A stretch of DNA of 64,000 nt from Candidatus Bathyarchaeia archaeon (GCA_049517415.1 JBEKSC010000014.1:1-64000), one strand, 5' to 3'. Counted from the stretch's first letter, positions 1 to 10,136 are shown. Made by a program: numbers and translations. The notes: generated by a model from the sequence alone, not told the origin.

Positions 1-577
1 GCTTAGAGACAGAATGTTGGCTGAGATTAAGGAGCTTCATAGGCGACTGGGTTTCACAGCGCTCTACGTTACGCATGACCAAGAGCAGGCTATGCGGCTA
101 GCTGACCGAATCATGGTGATGAACCAGGGCTCCATAGAACAGATAGGGACGCCTGAAGAAGTATATCTCAACCCCTCAACACTCTTCGTAGCAAGATTCC
201 TGGGGGGATTGAATATGTTAGATGGAGAGGTGGCTTCGTTGAAAGATGACCTGCTCATGGTGAAAACGGGTGCGGGCGATCTTGCAGTGAACGACAGGCG
301 CAAAATTGGAGCCAAGGTGAAAAGGGTGATATACTGCATTAGGCCGGAGAAGGTATCAATCGGCGAGCAAGCCCGGAAGTTGGACAATACGGTTGAAGGT
401 AAGCTCGTAGACCAGACTTACAAAGGCTCTAGCATCGAGCATGTGGTCCATCTCAAGAACGGAGTAGCGTTCAGATCTGTTTCCGAAGGGCGGGATCTGG
501 TTGATTTGGGATCCTATATCGACCGTGATGTAGTCATAGGATGGAAATCAAACGATTCTCTAGTTTTCCCGGCCTAG
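1..577 (+). CDS. ABC transporter ATP-binding protein, PotA/MalK type (5' end outside the window)
   Basis: H-loop YVTHDQEQA, GTPEEVYxxP, FVARFLG and IRPE motifs plus a C-terminal TOBE-like region; Walker A/B lie upstream of the window. Confidence 0.9.
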   Translation, partial: LRDRMLAEIKELHRRLGFTALYVTHDQEQAMRLADRIMVMNQGSIEQIGTPEEVYLNPSTLFVARFLGGLNMLDGEVASLKDDLLMVKTGAGDLAVNDRRKIGAKVKRVIYCIRPEKVSIGEQARKLDNTVEGKLVDQTYKGSSIEHVVHLKNGVAFRSVSEGRDLVDLGSYIDRDVVIGWKSNDSLVFPA

Positions 578-603
578 ACGAACTTTGCCAAGCTGGGTCC
601 AGC

Positions 604-2337
604 ATGATCAGGCAAGGGAGCTCGCCTGATGCCACCGGTGTAAAGAGGATAGGAGAAAAAGCAACGGTAAGGGAGATCTATGAGATCTCAGAAGTCACGT
701 GTAACCTTATCAGAGATTCCTTTGGACCCGCGGGGCTTTGGAATATCGTCGTGGACGAAACAGGGTACGTACACCGACTGAGAACTGGGTCGGCCATCCT
801 CAACAGAATAGCTCCCAAGAAGGACATACTTAAGGAGCCTAAGCAAAGCGAATCAGGGCAGCTTGCGGTGCATCCGGTCACCGAGATTATGAGTGAAATG
901 GCTGGAGCTGTCACAAGGAGTGTTGGCGACGGTTCTAAGGCTGCGATAATTCTGACCGCGGAGATCCTTGGGAAGAGTTTCAAATCGATCATTGACCCCG
1001 CTATATTCCTGGCTGGGTGCTTGCATGCACGGGATAAATCAATTGAACTAGTACGAAAATCGAGCATGCCTCTTTTGGTGACCCGATCTGGCATACGTAA
1101 GATTGTCAAGACTTTCTTTGATACCGAGTTCATGCCTGAAGAATCAGTCATATTGACTGACATCATTGTCGCGGCAGTTGCAGGGAAGCTCCAGAAAAGC
1201 GACAATGGAACATATTTGTTGGACAGCGATGCGATCTGCATCAAACGGGAAATCGGTGGCAGTATTCTAGACACGCGAGTTTTTGATGGTGTAGCGTTCT
1301 TTAGCGATATACCAAACCCTAGCATGCCTAAGATCGTTGAAAACGCAAAGGTTGCACTCCTGTCTGGAGCCTTAACCTCCGGATTTGACAGAACCGATGC
1401 GAAGTTGAGAACGAGACAATATGATCACGAGGTCATCATTGATGAGCCGGACGATATGAGGGCACTTTATCACGAGAAGACAGCCGCCTGCACCTATATC
1501 CTACGCACGTTACGAAATCTAGAGGTAGGCGCCGTTGTGGTCGGAAAAGGCCTAGAGCCGGAGATAGAGGGAATGCTCGCGAAAGAGGGAATTCTTGCCG
1601 TAAGAAACGTCTACGTCGAAGATCTTCAGAGAATCGCGAGGTTGACTGGGGGTAGGATCGTTTCAGATGCAGCGCTTTTGACGCCTGGAGATTTGGGGAC
1701 GGCACAATTCATCAAAGAAGAGAAGATGGGAGGGCACTCATGGATCTTCATTGGAGGTCAACAGGCTGGGAGAGTGTCAACGGTGCTAGTTCGAGGTTAT
1801 TCCGATGCGATCATCGACGATGCTGAGAGCAAGATACGTGATTCTTTAAGGGTTATTGGGAATTTTGTTTCGCACCCCAGAATCGTTCTCGGCGGAGGGG
1901 CTACCGAAGTTGAACTGGCAGCATATTTGAGAAGAGATGCTGACACGATTGGCGACCGTCAGCAGGTTGTGATTGGACATCTTGCTGAGGCTCTTGAGAG
2001 TATTCCGGCGATTCTAGCTGCCTCGTGTGGTTTGGACCCGATAGACTCGGTAGCCAACCTCAGGATGCTGCACGTGCGAGGAAAACCATCTATGGGCATT
2101 GACGTGTACGAGAGAGAACTGGCGGACATGCATGAAGCTGGCATCTACATACCTCTACCGGTATACGAACAAATCATAAACTCTAGTTTCGAGACGGCGG
2201 CGTGTCTCTTGAGAATCGACGACATTGTTGCCTCTAGAGTACGCCACGGAGGCGAGTATTGGAAGAAACGGATGCAGCAGTTCACGGAACCTCGGAGAGA
2301 GAAACAAATAATCAAAGACTATGGAATGGGACGATAG
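604..2337 (+). CDS. Divergent group II chaperonin (thermosome-like, Cpn60/TCP-1 family)
   Basis: SFGPAG, VGDGSKA (canonical GDGTTT), MPKIVENAKVALL, GGGATEVELA and LLRIDDIV align with the thermosome at 13579; ATG at 604 chosen because the upstream gene ends at 577. Confidence 0.85.
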   Translation: MIRQGSSPDATGVKRIGEKATVREIYEISEVTCNLIRDSFGPAGLWNIVVDETGYVHRLRTGSAILNRIAPKKDILKEPKQSESGQLAVHPVTEIMSEMAGAVTRSVGDGSKAAIILTAEILGKSFKSIIDPAIFLAGCLHARDKSIELVRKSSMPLLVTRSGIRKIVKTFFDTEFMPEESVILTDIIVAAVAGKLQKSDNGTYLLDSDAICIKREIGGSILDTRVFDGVAFFSDIPNPSMPKIVENAKVALLSGALTSGFDRTDAKLRTRQYDHEVIIDEPDDMRALYHEKTAACTYILRTLRNLEVGAVVVGKGLEPEIEGMLAKEGILAVRNVYVEDLQRIARLTGGRIVSDAALLTPGDLGTAQFIKEEKMGGHSWIFIGGQQAGRVSTVLVRGYSDAIIDDAESKIRDSLRVIGNFVSHPRIVLGGGATEVELAAYLRRDADTIGDRQQVVIGHLAEALESIPAILAASCGLDPIDSVANLRMLHVRGKPSMGIDVYERELADMHEAGIYIPLPVYEQIINSSFETAACLLRIDDIVASRVRHGGEYWKKRMQQFTEPRREKQIIKDYGMGR

Positions 2338-2441
2338 CTTTGCAGCATGCCCTACGCCTAAATCCGGACGGTATTACCTCGGGAATTGATCGAGCCCGTG
2401 AGTCACAGTAAGACCTGTGTGCCTTTTGGAAGGGAAGTAGT

Positions 2442-4109
2442 TTGTCACTGAAAAGGCGTAGCACAAAAGAGCTTCAGAAATTGAATATCGAGGCAGGCGC
2501 AGCCATGGGAGAACTAGTAAGAAACTCATTCGGGCCCTGTGGCATGAGTAAAATGATAAGCGATGACAAGGGGCAGACAACGCTCACGGGTGATGGCGCA
2601 GCAATAGTGAGAGCGTTACAAGTTCGCGGCGGGTGGTATCGTGGGCCAAGTCGGAACGGCGATCGCAAGCACGGGGAAATTGAACCAACCATCAATAACC
2701 CGATCTGCAAAATCATGGCGCAAGCGGCCGCAGCCTTGGATGTCGAGCTGGGCGATGGAATCAAATCTATGCTTATTCTCGCGGGAGCTCTCCTCGCGAA
2801 TGCAGAACATCTGCTAGATGACGGCCTGGCTTCTGATCTGATCGTCTCCGGATACAAGAAGGCATACGACAAGGCCGTACAAATCCTCACCGGGACATCG
2901 CTTGTCATAGCACATCAAGATGCGAGTGTTCTTAGAAATCTCGCAATGACTTCCATTCGTAGCAAAGATGTGGGGGCAGGTAGAGAACACCTCCTCGATA
3001 TCTCCATGGCCGCCTCAAACATGATCTTGGATGACTACCCATGGGGCTCTGATATCGACATGAACGAAGTGCTGGAGAATGTGAAGTTTGTCAAAAGAAG
3101 CGGAAAAAGCGTAGCCGATACGGAAATGATCAAGGGCCTCATTGTTGAGAAAGCTGTCGTCAATAGTGGTATGCCCGAAAGAGTTGACAACGCCAGATTA
3201 CTTGTTCTAGAGTCACCGCTCGAGTTAGACAGGAAAGCGTTTCACGTGAGGATCGAGGGTAGACAAGGGTCCCTGAAAGCGTTTCAGGATCAAGAAGATC
3301 GGTTGAGGGATTCGTGGGTCAGGAAAGTGGCAGAATGCGCAGCAAATGTTGTCGTGTGTCAGAGAGGGATAGACGTGAAGACGCAAAGCAGTCTCGCGAA
3401 GAACGGCGTGTTGGGAGTCCACTGGGTCAATAGACGGGATGTGGAAGGGATTGCCAAGGCGACTGGAGCCAAAGTCATGACAAGCATAAGTGATGTAGGT
3501 CCGGAAGATCTCGGCGCCGCAGAGATAGTGGAAGAGAGAACGGTCGGGACAGACAAAATGGTTCTCATAAATGGTTGTAAACAGCCGAAGTGTGTGAGTA
3601 TAATGATTAGAGCGGGGCTGGATAAAGAAGCGGATGAGGCTGAAAGGGCCCTCAGCGATGCAATATGCAGTTTAGCGTCTGTTCGCTCATGCGATAGGAT
3701 TGTAGGAGGTGCAGGCGCTGTCGAAATGGAGGTGGCGAAGAAACTGAGATCATACGCCGTGAAAGTCAGCAGCAAAGAACAACATGCGATAGGGGCATTC
3801 GTAGACTCTCTCGAAACGATTCCCGAGAACTTGGCAAGGAACGCTGGCCTCGATGTAACTGACGTGAAGCTGGCTCTAAGATTAGCTCATGAAAAGGAGG
3901 AGGGATCGTGGCTGGGCATAAACGTCCTATCGCGCAAGATAGAAAACACCCTGACTTGTGGCATAATCGAACCGTACAGCGTCAAGAAACAAGTTCTTCG
4001 AACTGCTGTAGAAGTTGCATCAACCATCATAAGGACAGCCAACATAATATCGTTTCATCCCAATGAAGAAACGGCACCTTCAGCACCTACAGGTGACAGG
4101 GGAGCGTAA
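2442..4109 (+). CDS. Divergent group II chaperonin (thermosome-like, Cpn60/TCP-1 family)
   Basis: SFGPCGMSKM, TGDGAAI, LGDGIKS, EAERALSDA, GGAGAVEME, LARNAGLD, IIEPYSVK. Confidence 0.88.
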   Translation: MSLKRRSTKELQKLNIEAGAAMGELVRNSFGPCGMSKMISDDKGQTTLTGDGAAIVRALQVRGGWYRGPSRNGDRKHGEIEPTINNPICKIMAQAAAALDVELGDGIKSMLILAGALLANAEHLLDDGLASDLIVSGYKKAYDKAVQILTGTSLVIAHQDASVLRNLAMTSIRSKDVGAGREHLLDISMAASNMILDDYPWGSDIDMNEVLENVKFVKRSGKSVADTEMIKGLIVEKAVVNSGMPERVDNARLLVLESPLELDRKAFHVRIEGRQGSLKAFQDQEDRLRDSWVRKVAECAANVVVCQRGIDVKTQSSLAKNGVLGVHWVNRRDVEGIAKATGAKVMTSISDVGPEDLGAAEIVEERTVGTDKMVLINGCKQPKCVSIMIRAGLDKEADEAERALSDAICSLASVRSCDRIVGGAGAVEMEVAKKLRSYAVKVSSKEQHAIGAFVDSLETIPENLARNAGLDVTDVKLALRLAHEKEEGSWLGINVLSRKIENTLTCGIIEPYSVKKQVLRTAVEVASTIIRTANIISFHPNEETAPSAPTGDRGA

Positions 4110-4318
4110 GAGTCGTTCGAGGGCTATTGGAACGTACATATTAAGGAAAGGGGCTTGCCAGCTAATTCGAGGGTACGATCATATCTCATAGCATTGATGG
4201 CACTCATCTATTGGAATGAATAGTCGTACAGGAAAATTCAGTCGACAAACTCGGATTTTTCCGGGAACGGGATACCTACGGCATGACAGACTTGCGGATG
4301 GGAATAGCGATTGGATTC

Positions 4319-5698
4319 TTACGCAAATACTCTTGATTCTATAGACAAATAGTTTGAAACCTCGACCAGTTCGTCGGCCCACTCTCCGTAGACTGCGTGC
4401 ATATGATTTGACCCCACGTTTTTCAACAAATCTTCGGGATCCGACTTTAGCCTCACGAATCCTTGGGGCCAACCTAGTACGGCATTCTTCATTTCCTCAT
4501 TAGGTTGTCTTACAAACTCTGCCGGGGCTATCTGCATGATGTACTTTCCTTGGATCCTTGACAGTCTGGCTAAGGTTATGTCGCCTGGGCTGCATTGGAA
4601 CTGTAGCGACGCCCCTCCCGCGTCGAAAATTTGGGGATAAAGATTTACGAGCTTCAAGTTTTCAGAGGCATCGTCGGACTTGCTTGCGAACCAAGTGGAT
4701 TGCGAGCCACAGTTCATGAAAGTAAGAAGCTTATCAGATTGCGAGAAGTGCCTCAGGTCGAAGAATGCTACGGGCTTACCAGTCAGCAAATAGAGGATCT
4801 CCATGGTCAGTGCGGCGTCTATATCTGCCTCGCACGCTGTTGGAATGATGTGCTTCTCGCCGTCCCAATCATATGGGTCGTTCATAAAGGCCTGGGTAAG
4901 GCATTGAGTGCAATATCCTCCACTAAGTTCTGGGTGACACTTGACGGCTAGAAAATCAAGCCCTTTTTCTCTAACAATTTCCTTCGTGGCTATATAGCTC
5001 GCTATTTGTTTCCTTAGCTTCTCGTCGGTTAGCTTGTTTTGGTCGAAATTTATTTTCGAAACGCTTTCTTGGAGCCATTCATAGGCTTTCTCGATTCCAT
5101 CTTTGGGCACCTTTTCGGCTCTGTTCACGATTTCTAGCTGGTCAATATGTTCGATGTCAACACCGAATATCGAGTGGATTTGGCTGGCGTCGCTCGTTGC
5201 AGTGTACAATCCCATCGGACGACCACCGAACAAGCCCAGAACTCTACCTTTCAATTTGTTTGCTGCGTAAACGGCCCTCGCATGATTCACTATTTTGCTT
5301 AGCGTAGATTTGTCGCCTATTGCCCCCCATATTCTTGCATTCTTGATGCCCAGCTGGTCTAACGCCGCGGCGCCAGCTAGCATTGCAATTAGACCAGCAT
5401 GGGCAGAATCGAGGGTGGAGAATAGAAGGATGGGTATCTTTGCCGTGCTAGCGACTTCAACAATTAGGTTTGGAAAGGTCCACTCCGGAATGAAAAACAG
5501 CAAGCAGTCAATGCCTTGGCAAACCAACTGCTTTGTTTCTTCTATGGCCATCTTAACCGTATGTATTGTGTTCTTGACACGAATCACCTGCAAGTCAGGA
5601 GTGTTGCTTATCCAGTCCGTGAACTCCTGGAATGAGTTTTCCACGTAGGGGTCAGGCAGAGCCCCTGGCGACGACGTCAGAAGGCCGATTCTGATCAA
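4319..5698 (-). CDS. L-fucose/L-arabinose isomerase family protein
   Basis: GGRPMGLYT, AVKCHPEL, ACEADIDAALTM, NCGSQS and SNHMHAVYG motifs of the FucI/AraA superfamily. Confidence 0.8.
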   Translation of the reverse strand: MIRIGLLTSSPGALPDPYVENSFQEFTDWISNTPDLQVIRVKNTIHTVKMAIEETKQLVCQGIDCLLFFIPEWTFPNLIVEVASTAKIPILLFSTLDSAHAGLIAMLAGAAALDQLGIKNARIWGAIGDKSTLSKIVNHARAVYAANKLKGRVLGLFGGRPMGLYTATSDASQIHSIFGVDIEHIDQLEIVNRAEKVPKDGIEKAYEWLQESVSKINFDQNKLTDEKLRKQIASYIATKEIVREKGLDFLAVKCHPELSGGYCTQCLTQAFMNDPYDWDGEKHIIPTACEADIDAALTMEILYLLTGKPVAFFDLRHFSQSDKLLTFMNCGSQSTWFASKSDDASENLKLVNLYPQIFDAGGASLQFQCSPGDITLARLSRIQGKYIMQIAPAEFVRQPNEEMKNAVLGWPQGFVRLKSDPEDLLKNVGSNHMHAVYGEWADELVEVSNYLSIESRVFA

Positions 5699-5726
5699 GT
5701 AAAGGAGTCGCCGTCACGCGTTTTCG

Positions 5727-6239
5727 TTAGCCTCTGTTTTCTTTCACCCAGCCTGCGTCATACGGTGTTTGATAGAAGTGTGTAACCTTGACTTCTTTGA
5801 TTTTCCATTCTCCCGCTTTCTTGACAAAATTCTCGTCATAAGTACCTACGATCCAGCCCGCCCGGTTCTCCGCAGCGAATGTCATAGGCTCTTCATAGTA
5901 CCACCGTCCTCTTGCCTGATTCCCGTTCACCTCGATGAGGTCATTATGGACCATGTGAACGAAGAATGTAGCTGCTTTGGGAACGTCGACCGTAAAGAAT
6001 TGTTTAACGCCCTGTTTTCCTTTGTATATGCCAGTTCCTCCTGCAAAAACGCCCCAATCGGTATATGCGTCGTCAGTAAAACAATTGAGGACCGTATCCC
6101 AATCTCTCTTGTCAAGAGCAAAGGTATATTTCGCTTTCAACTTCTTGATTGCTTCAATATCTTCCAGCTGTTGTACTTTCCTTTCCAAACTAAGAAGTTT
6201 CTTTTCGAGATCTTTTGAAGGCACGTTTGTTTCCCTCAT
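5727..6239 (-). CDS. SnoaL-like / NTF2-fold protein (SnoaL_4, LinA/BaiE-like)
   Basis: LEDIEAIKKLKAKYxxALD, CFTDDA, HMVHN, ARGRWY, GTYDENF..GEWKI. Confidence 0.8.
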   Translation of the reverse strand: MRETNVPSKDLEKKLLSLERKVQQLEDIEAIKKLKAKYTFALDKRDWDTVLNCFTDDAYTDWGVFAGGTGIYKGKQGVKQFFTVDVPKAATFFVHMVHNDLIEVNGNQARGRWYYEEPMTFAAENRAGWIVGTYDENFVKKAGEWKIKEVKVTHFYQTPYDAGWVKENRG

Positions 6240-6401
6240 TCTCCGTCGTCTGTTAGTATTGCAAGGGGTCGCCGCGGCGAAACTTAAAGCCTTTCATCGG
6301 GCAGACCGATCTCGAAGCATGAAATTATATGCAATGCACTCGATGTATTTACTCTATGTAAATTAGCTTTTTTTATATTGATGCCCCAAACATCGCGAAT
6401 C

Positions 6402-7439
6402 ATGAATACGATGAAAGCCGTTGTCCTCCGTGATGTCAAGAATTATAGTATTGAAACGGTGAATGCGCCTCAGATAGGTGCCAATGAAGTTCTTATCAGG
6501 AGTAAGAATTGCGGGATATGCGGTACCGATGTCTCGATGTATCTCGGAAAATACCTTCCAACAAAGCCCGTAATTCCCGGCCATGAGGTTTCCGGCGAAG
6601 TTGTTGAGGTTGGTCAACAAGTAAGGACGATCAGAGTAGGTGATCGGGTCACTATTGATGAAAACGTGTCGTGTGGAACATGCTACTTCTGTAAGCATCA
6701 GCAAAAACTATTGTGCCCCGATTTGTATCAGATAGGTATTCACTCCGACGGAGGTTTTGCAGAATATTTCAAAGCACCCGAGGGCAATATCTTCAAACTA
6801 CCGGACGATATGAGCTATGATTATGCTCCGTTTATCGAGCCGTTGGCATGCGTGACGAGAGCTGTCGATAGAGCAGGAATAGTCACTGGTGACCGAGTTG
6901 TTGTAATTGGAGACGGGCCCATCGGGCTTTCATGTATGCAAGTCGCCAAGATTGACGGAGCTTCGAAGGTAATCGGTGTGGGTCTAATAGACTACAGGCT
7001 GAAGAAGGCGTTAGAGATAGGGGCGGATTTGGTGATAGATAGCTCGAAAGGTGATCCAGTTAAGGCTGTTAGGGAGGCTACGAACAATATTGGTCCAGAT
7101 GTGGTAATTGAAGCCGTTGGTAGCTCAGCTACCTATCTACAAGCACTAGAAATGGTCAGGAGGGGGGGTAAAGTTGCGGTGATGGGTGTCCCGCCGGCAA
7201 CATCCAAGATGGAAATTGAACTGTTTAGCCAGATATTTAACAAAGAACTCACTTTACATGCTTCGTTTGCTGGAACGTACGATACTTGGATAAGGGCAAT
7301 GTCCCTCATTTCATCGGGGCGATTCAAGGTTGGACCATTAATCACCCACAGAATGTCATTGTACGAAGTGCCTGAAGGAGTAAGAATGATGATGGATTTC
7401 AAAAACGGCGCAATCAAGATTCTGGTTTCACCTAAATAG
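6402..7439 (+). CDS. Zinc-dependent medium-chain dehydrogenase (sorbitol/threonine dehydrogenase-like)
   Basis: CGICGTD, GHE, structural Zn CxxCxxC...C, GDGPIG Rossmann motif; TATA-like TTTTATAT at 6371 supports a start near 6402. Confidence 0.9.
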   Translation: MNTMKAVVLRDVKNYSIETVNAPQIGANEVLIRSKNCGICGTDVSMYLGKYLPTKPVIPGHEVSGEVVEVGQQVRTIRVGDRVTIDENVSCGTCYFCKHQQKLLCPDLYQIGIHSDGGFAEYFKAPEGNIFKLPDDMSYDYAPFIEPLACVTRAVDRAGIVTGDRVVVIGDGPIGLSCMQVAKIDGASKVIGVGLIDYRLKKALEIGADLVIDSSKGDPVKAVREATNNIGPDVVIEAVGSSATYLQALEMVRRGGKVAVMGVPPATSKMEIELFSQIFNKELTLHASFAGTYDTWIRAMSLISSGRFKVGPLITHRMSLYEVPEGVRMMMDFKNGAIKILVSPK

Positions 7440-7631
7440 TTGCGCATCCTGACGGAATAATTCACAGCAGTTTCACAGCCTATAATTCTAATTACGCCTA
7501 TCAACAAGATATTCTGTCTTAACCAGTCGAAGATTCGAAGAGTTTTTGGAATCCAAGAATGAATTTGCGTTTATTCAGCATTGAGGAAGTGGAAGCTTAG
7601 TTAAGGAACGCGGAGCTGGTAGGGTTCAAAG

Positions 7632-8324
7632 ATGAAACGTGAAAGTGGAACTATGTCGGAAAATGTGTTAGCCAGAATGGAGAGGGCAGGGGTAATTCCA
7701 GTCGTCGTAATCGATGATCCTGGCAAAGCAGTTCAATTGAGCCAAGCCATCCTAGAAGCCGGACTCGACCTGATTGAGATAACGATGCGCACTGAGATGG
7801 CGATGGAAGCTCTAAGAAAAGTGAGCAAGGAACTGCCTCACATGGTGGTTGGGGCCGGCACAGTATTCTCGGTATCCGTTGCGAAGGAAGCTCTATCTAA
7901 GGGAGCTCGCTTCATTGTCTCACCTCACGTGGATGAGAAGATTGTCACTTATTGCGCGCGAAAGAACATCGTTTGCATCCCAGGCGCGTTCACACCATCA
8001 GAGGTTCAACGCGCAATAGGCGCCGCGAAGAGAGGGATGCCGCGAAAAAGCAACAAGGGCCTTCCGTTGGCGATCAAAATCTTCCCCGCTTCAACCGGGG
8101 GTCCGGCTCACGTAACAGCAATGAGAGCAGTATTTCCAGACGTAAGATTTGTGCCGCTCGGAGGAGTCAACGCAAGCAACTTGGCGGAATACATCAAAGG
8201 CGGAGCATGGGCTGTGGGAGGTACATGGCTCTGCAAGAAGGACCTTATCGAATCGGGCAATTTTGCCAAGGTATCGGAGTTGGTCAAGGAAGCATTAGCC
8301 ATCATAGCGACGGCTAGGAAGTAA
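7632..8324 (+). CDS. eda: KDPG/KHG aldolase (bacterial Eda type)
   Basis: IEITMRT, VGAGTV, GARFIVSP, PGAFTPSEV, KIFPA (Schiff-base Lys), VPLGGV; start may be 7653. Confidence 0.85.
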   Translation: MKRESGTMSENVLARMERAGVIPVVVIDDPGKAVQLSQAILEAGLDLIEITMRTEMAMEALRKVSKELPHMVVGAGTVFSVSVAKEALSKGARFIVSPHVDEKIVTYCARKNIVCIPGAFTPSEVQRAIGAAKRGMPRKSNKGLPLAIKIFPASTGGPAHVTAMRAVFPDVRFVPLGGVNASNLAEYIKGGAWAVGGTWLCKKDLIESGNFAKVSELVKEALAIIATARK

Positions 8325-8530
8325 CATATGAACCGAGCGGCTGCATGACAGAAACGAATCTGTTCATGACATTGAACATGCTACTGTCACGACCAAGGGT
8401 CAGCGATGAGCACTACCATGTCCGATCGACTGCATTGCGGGCATCTGGGAACAATGTAGCTCATATTCACGATCACGTCAACATCGCCCCTAAGAATTTC
8501 GCCGAACGCTAAGGACTATTAAGACATATG

Positions 8531-8558
8531 TGATGGGGCCTGTGGGACATGAACCCAC
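8531..8558 (-). pseudogene. tRNA 3'-end remnant (T-arm plus 3' acceptor strand)
   Basis: Minus strand reads GTGGG-TTCATGT-CCCAC-AGGCCCC-A-TCA: 5-bp T stem, 7-nt T-loop variant, 7-nt acceptor strand, discriminator; no D or anticodon arm upstream. Confidence 0.5.
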
Positions 8559-8738
8559 TGCGCGGTGGGTTCAGGATGCGTCATGGATGTAGGTCAACTG
8601 CTAACGATGCCACTCCCTCGCAAGCAACGCCATCCACCCTACATGAATCTCTTTGACCATGTGGAACGGAGACGATATAGAAATATGACGGCCTTCGTGA
8701 TCCGCTGTTACGAGGAAAACGCCACGAAGGCTCCAGCC

Positions 8739-9092
8739 AGCATCATGTGGGAGGAAACCTTCGGCCTAGTAATACCGATCACCCATGTGAAGGGTGTCGA
8801 TGAGGCTAGAGAGCTGGCCAACAAGTCACGATACGGTCTCGATTCTTGCCTCTTCACTAATCACATCAATTTGGGTAGGAAAGTTGCGAAACGTCTCGAA
8901 GAAGCCGAGGTAACCATTAATGAGGCACCGCGACATGGAGTGGGCTACTATCCTTTCGGAGGCAACAAAGATTCAGGTATGGGTAGGGAAGGAATCGGAT
9001 ACAGCATCGAAGAAATGACTAGGTTCAAAACCATCGTATACAACCGGAAGCCAGCCAAGGTTTGGGCGGACCTGTTCAAAGAGCGAACTTAG
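8739..9092 (+). pseudogene. C-terminal fragment of an aldehyde dehydrogenase (GAPN-like)
   Basis: WEETFG, ANKSRYGL, INEAPRHG, YPFGGNKDSGMGREG; the N-terminal NAD(P)-binding and catalytic-Cys regions are missing. Confidence 0.8.
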
Positions 9093-9162
9093 TCTCGCAC
9101 ATGCTCGGTTGTTTCATCAGGGCACTTACTCTTGACAGAACCTTAGGCAGAGTGAGCATGGT

Positions 9163-9588
9163 ATGCTTGGTATGTTTCGTAAGCTATGGAAAATGTTTGG
9201 GCCACAGGCATTGAAGTTCTGTGTAGTTGGTGGGCTTGGTGTGATACTAGCTTCTGGGGTGTTGTACGGGCTAACTGAGTACTGTCATGTTTGGTATTTG
9301 TACTCGAACTGGATTGCGGTAGTGGTGGCCCAGATTTTCTCCTTTCTTGGTTACAAGTATTGGGCCTTTACGATTGCGAAGGGTCAAGCTGCTTATCCGA
9401 CCAGTAAGCAGTTTCTGATTCATTGGTTTGTCTGGGGAGTTGGTCTAGGGATTTCGACGCTTGTGATCTACTCCTTGACTACGTATGGGCATGTTTGGTA
9501 CATGCTGTCCAGTTGGGTTGCTACGGCTGTTTCTGGTGCGAGTAATTTTCTCTCTCATCGGTACTGGACGTATTCTCCGAAGGATTAA
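9163..9588 (+). CDS. GtrA family membrane protein
   Basis: 141 aa, four hydrophobic segments, LKFCVVG, SFLGYKYWAF and NFLSHRYWTY patterns. Confidence 0.8.
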   Translation: MLGMFRKLWKMFGPQALKFCVVGGLGVILASGVLYGLTEYCHVWYLYSNWIAVVVAQIFSFLGYKYWAFTIAKGQAAYPTSKQFLIHWFVWGVGLGISTLVIYSLTTYGHVWYMLSSWVATAVSGASNFLSHRYWTYSPKD

Positions 9589-9732
9589 CTAGGAATGCAA
9601 TGTCCGTTGAGAGCGAACTTGCGGGGATAAGTCAAAGGAACCGGCAAGTGCTTAACGCTAATCCAAAATGCTAACGCGAAGAAAGCAAACTCTTAATCAC
9701 CCTCTCCAGCGTCTCGTATTGCGGTTTGGCGT

Positions 9733-10086
9733 GTGAAGTCCGCAATTTTTGTTTCAATACTCGTCGGTGCCGCTCTCATACTTGTTGTACTTGCCTCACC
9801 TTGGTATCCGGTGGCAACAAGCCAAGTAGTACCTCAAATCCTGAGTTATACGACTCAATTCGAAGTGACAACTGGAAGTGTTGAAGTAAAAGAGACCCTG
9901 ACTGCGTACAGCACGAGAAGTGTAACGCTTTATTCGATAACTACGGTTCCTTTCCACAAAATCCTTGGAGTCGTAACTTCCGACGCGATTCTGGTTCTGC
10001 TAGCGTTAGTCCTTGTGCTCTCGACCCTCCTTGATCAAGGAATAATCACCGTGCCCGCAAGGGGTCGCAAGAGTGGGAAGCAGTAG
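9733..10086 (+). CDS. Hypothetical membrane protein (probable passenger of IS unit A)
   Basis: Two hydrophobic helices flanking a Thr/Ser-rich segment; ends 50 bp before an IS6-like right end. Confidence 0.5.
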   Translation: MKSAIFVSILVGAALILVVLASPWYPVATSQVVPQILSYTTQFEVTTGSVEVKETLTAYSTRSVTLYSITTVPFHKILGVVTSDAILVLLALVLVLSTLLDQGIITVPARGRKSGKQ

Positions 10087-10136
10087 CTTTCAAAGGTGTC
10101 AGTAAAGCCCTGGCGCGATTTGAAGCACGCTTTCCC

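Noticed and set aside
10104..10130. tRNA-like TTCAAAT on the minus strand
   Set aside because: The flanks do not form a T stem; better explained as the degenerate inner repeat of IS end A
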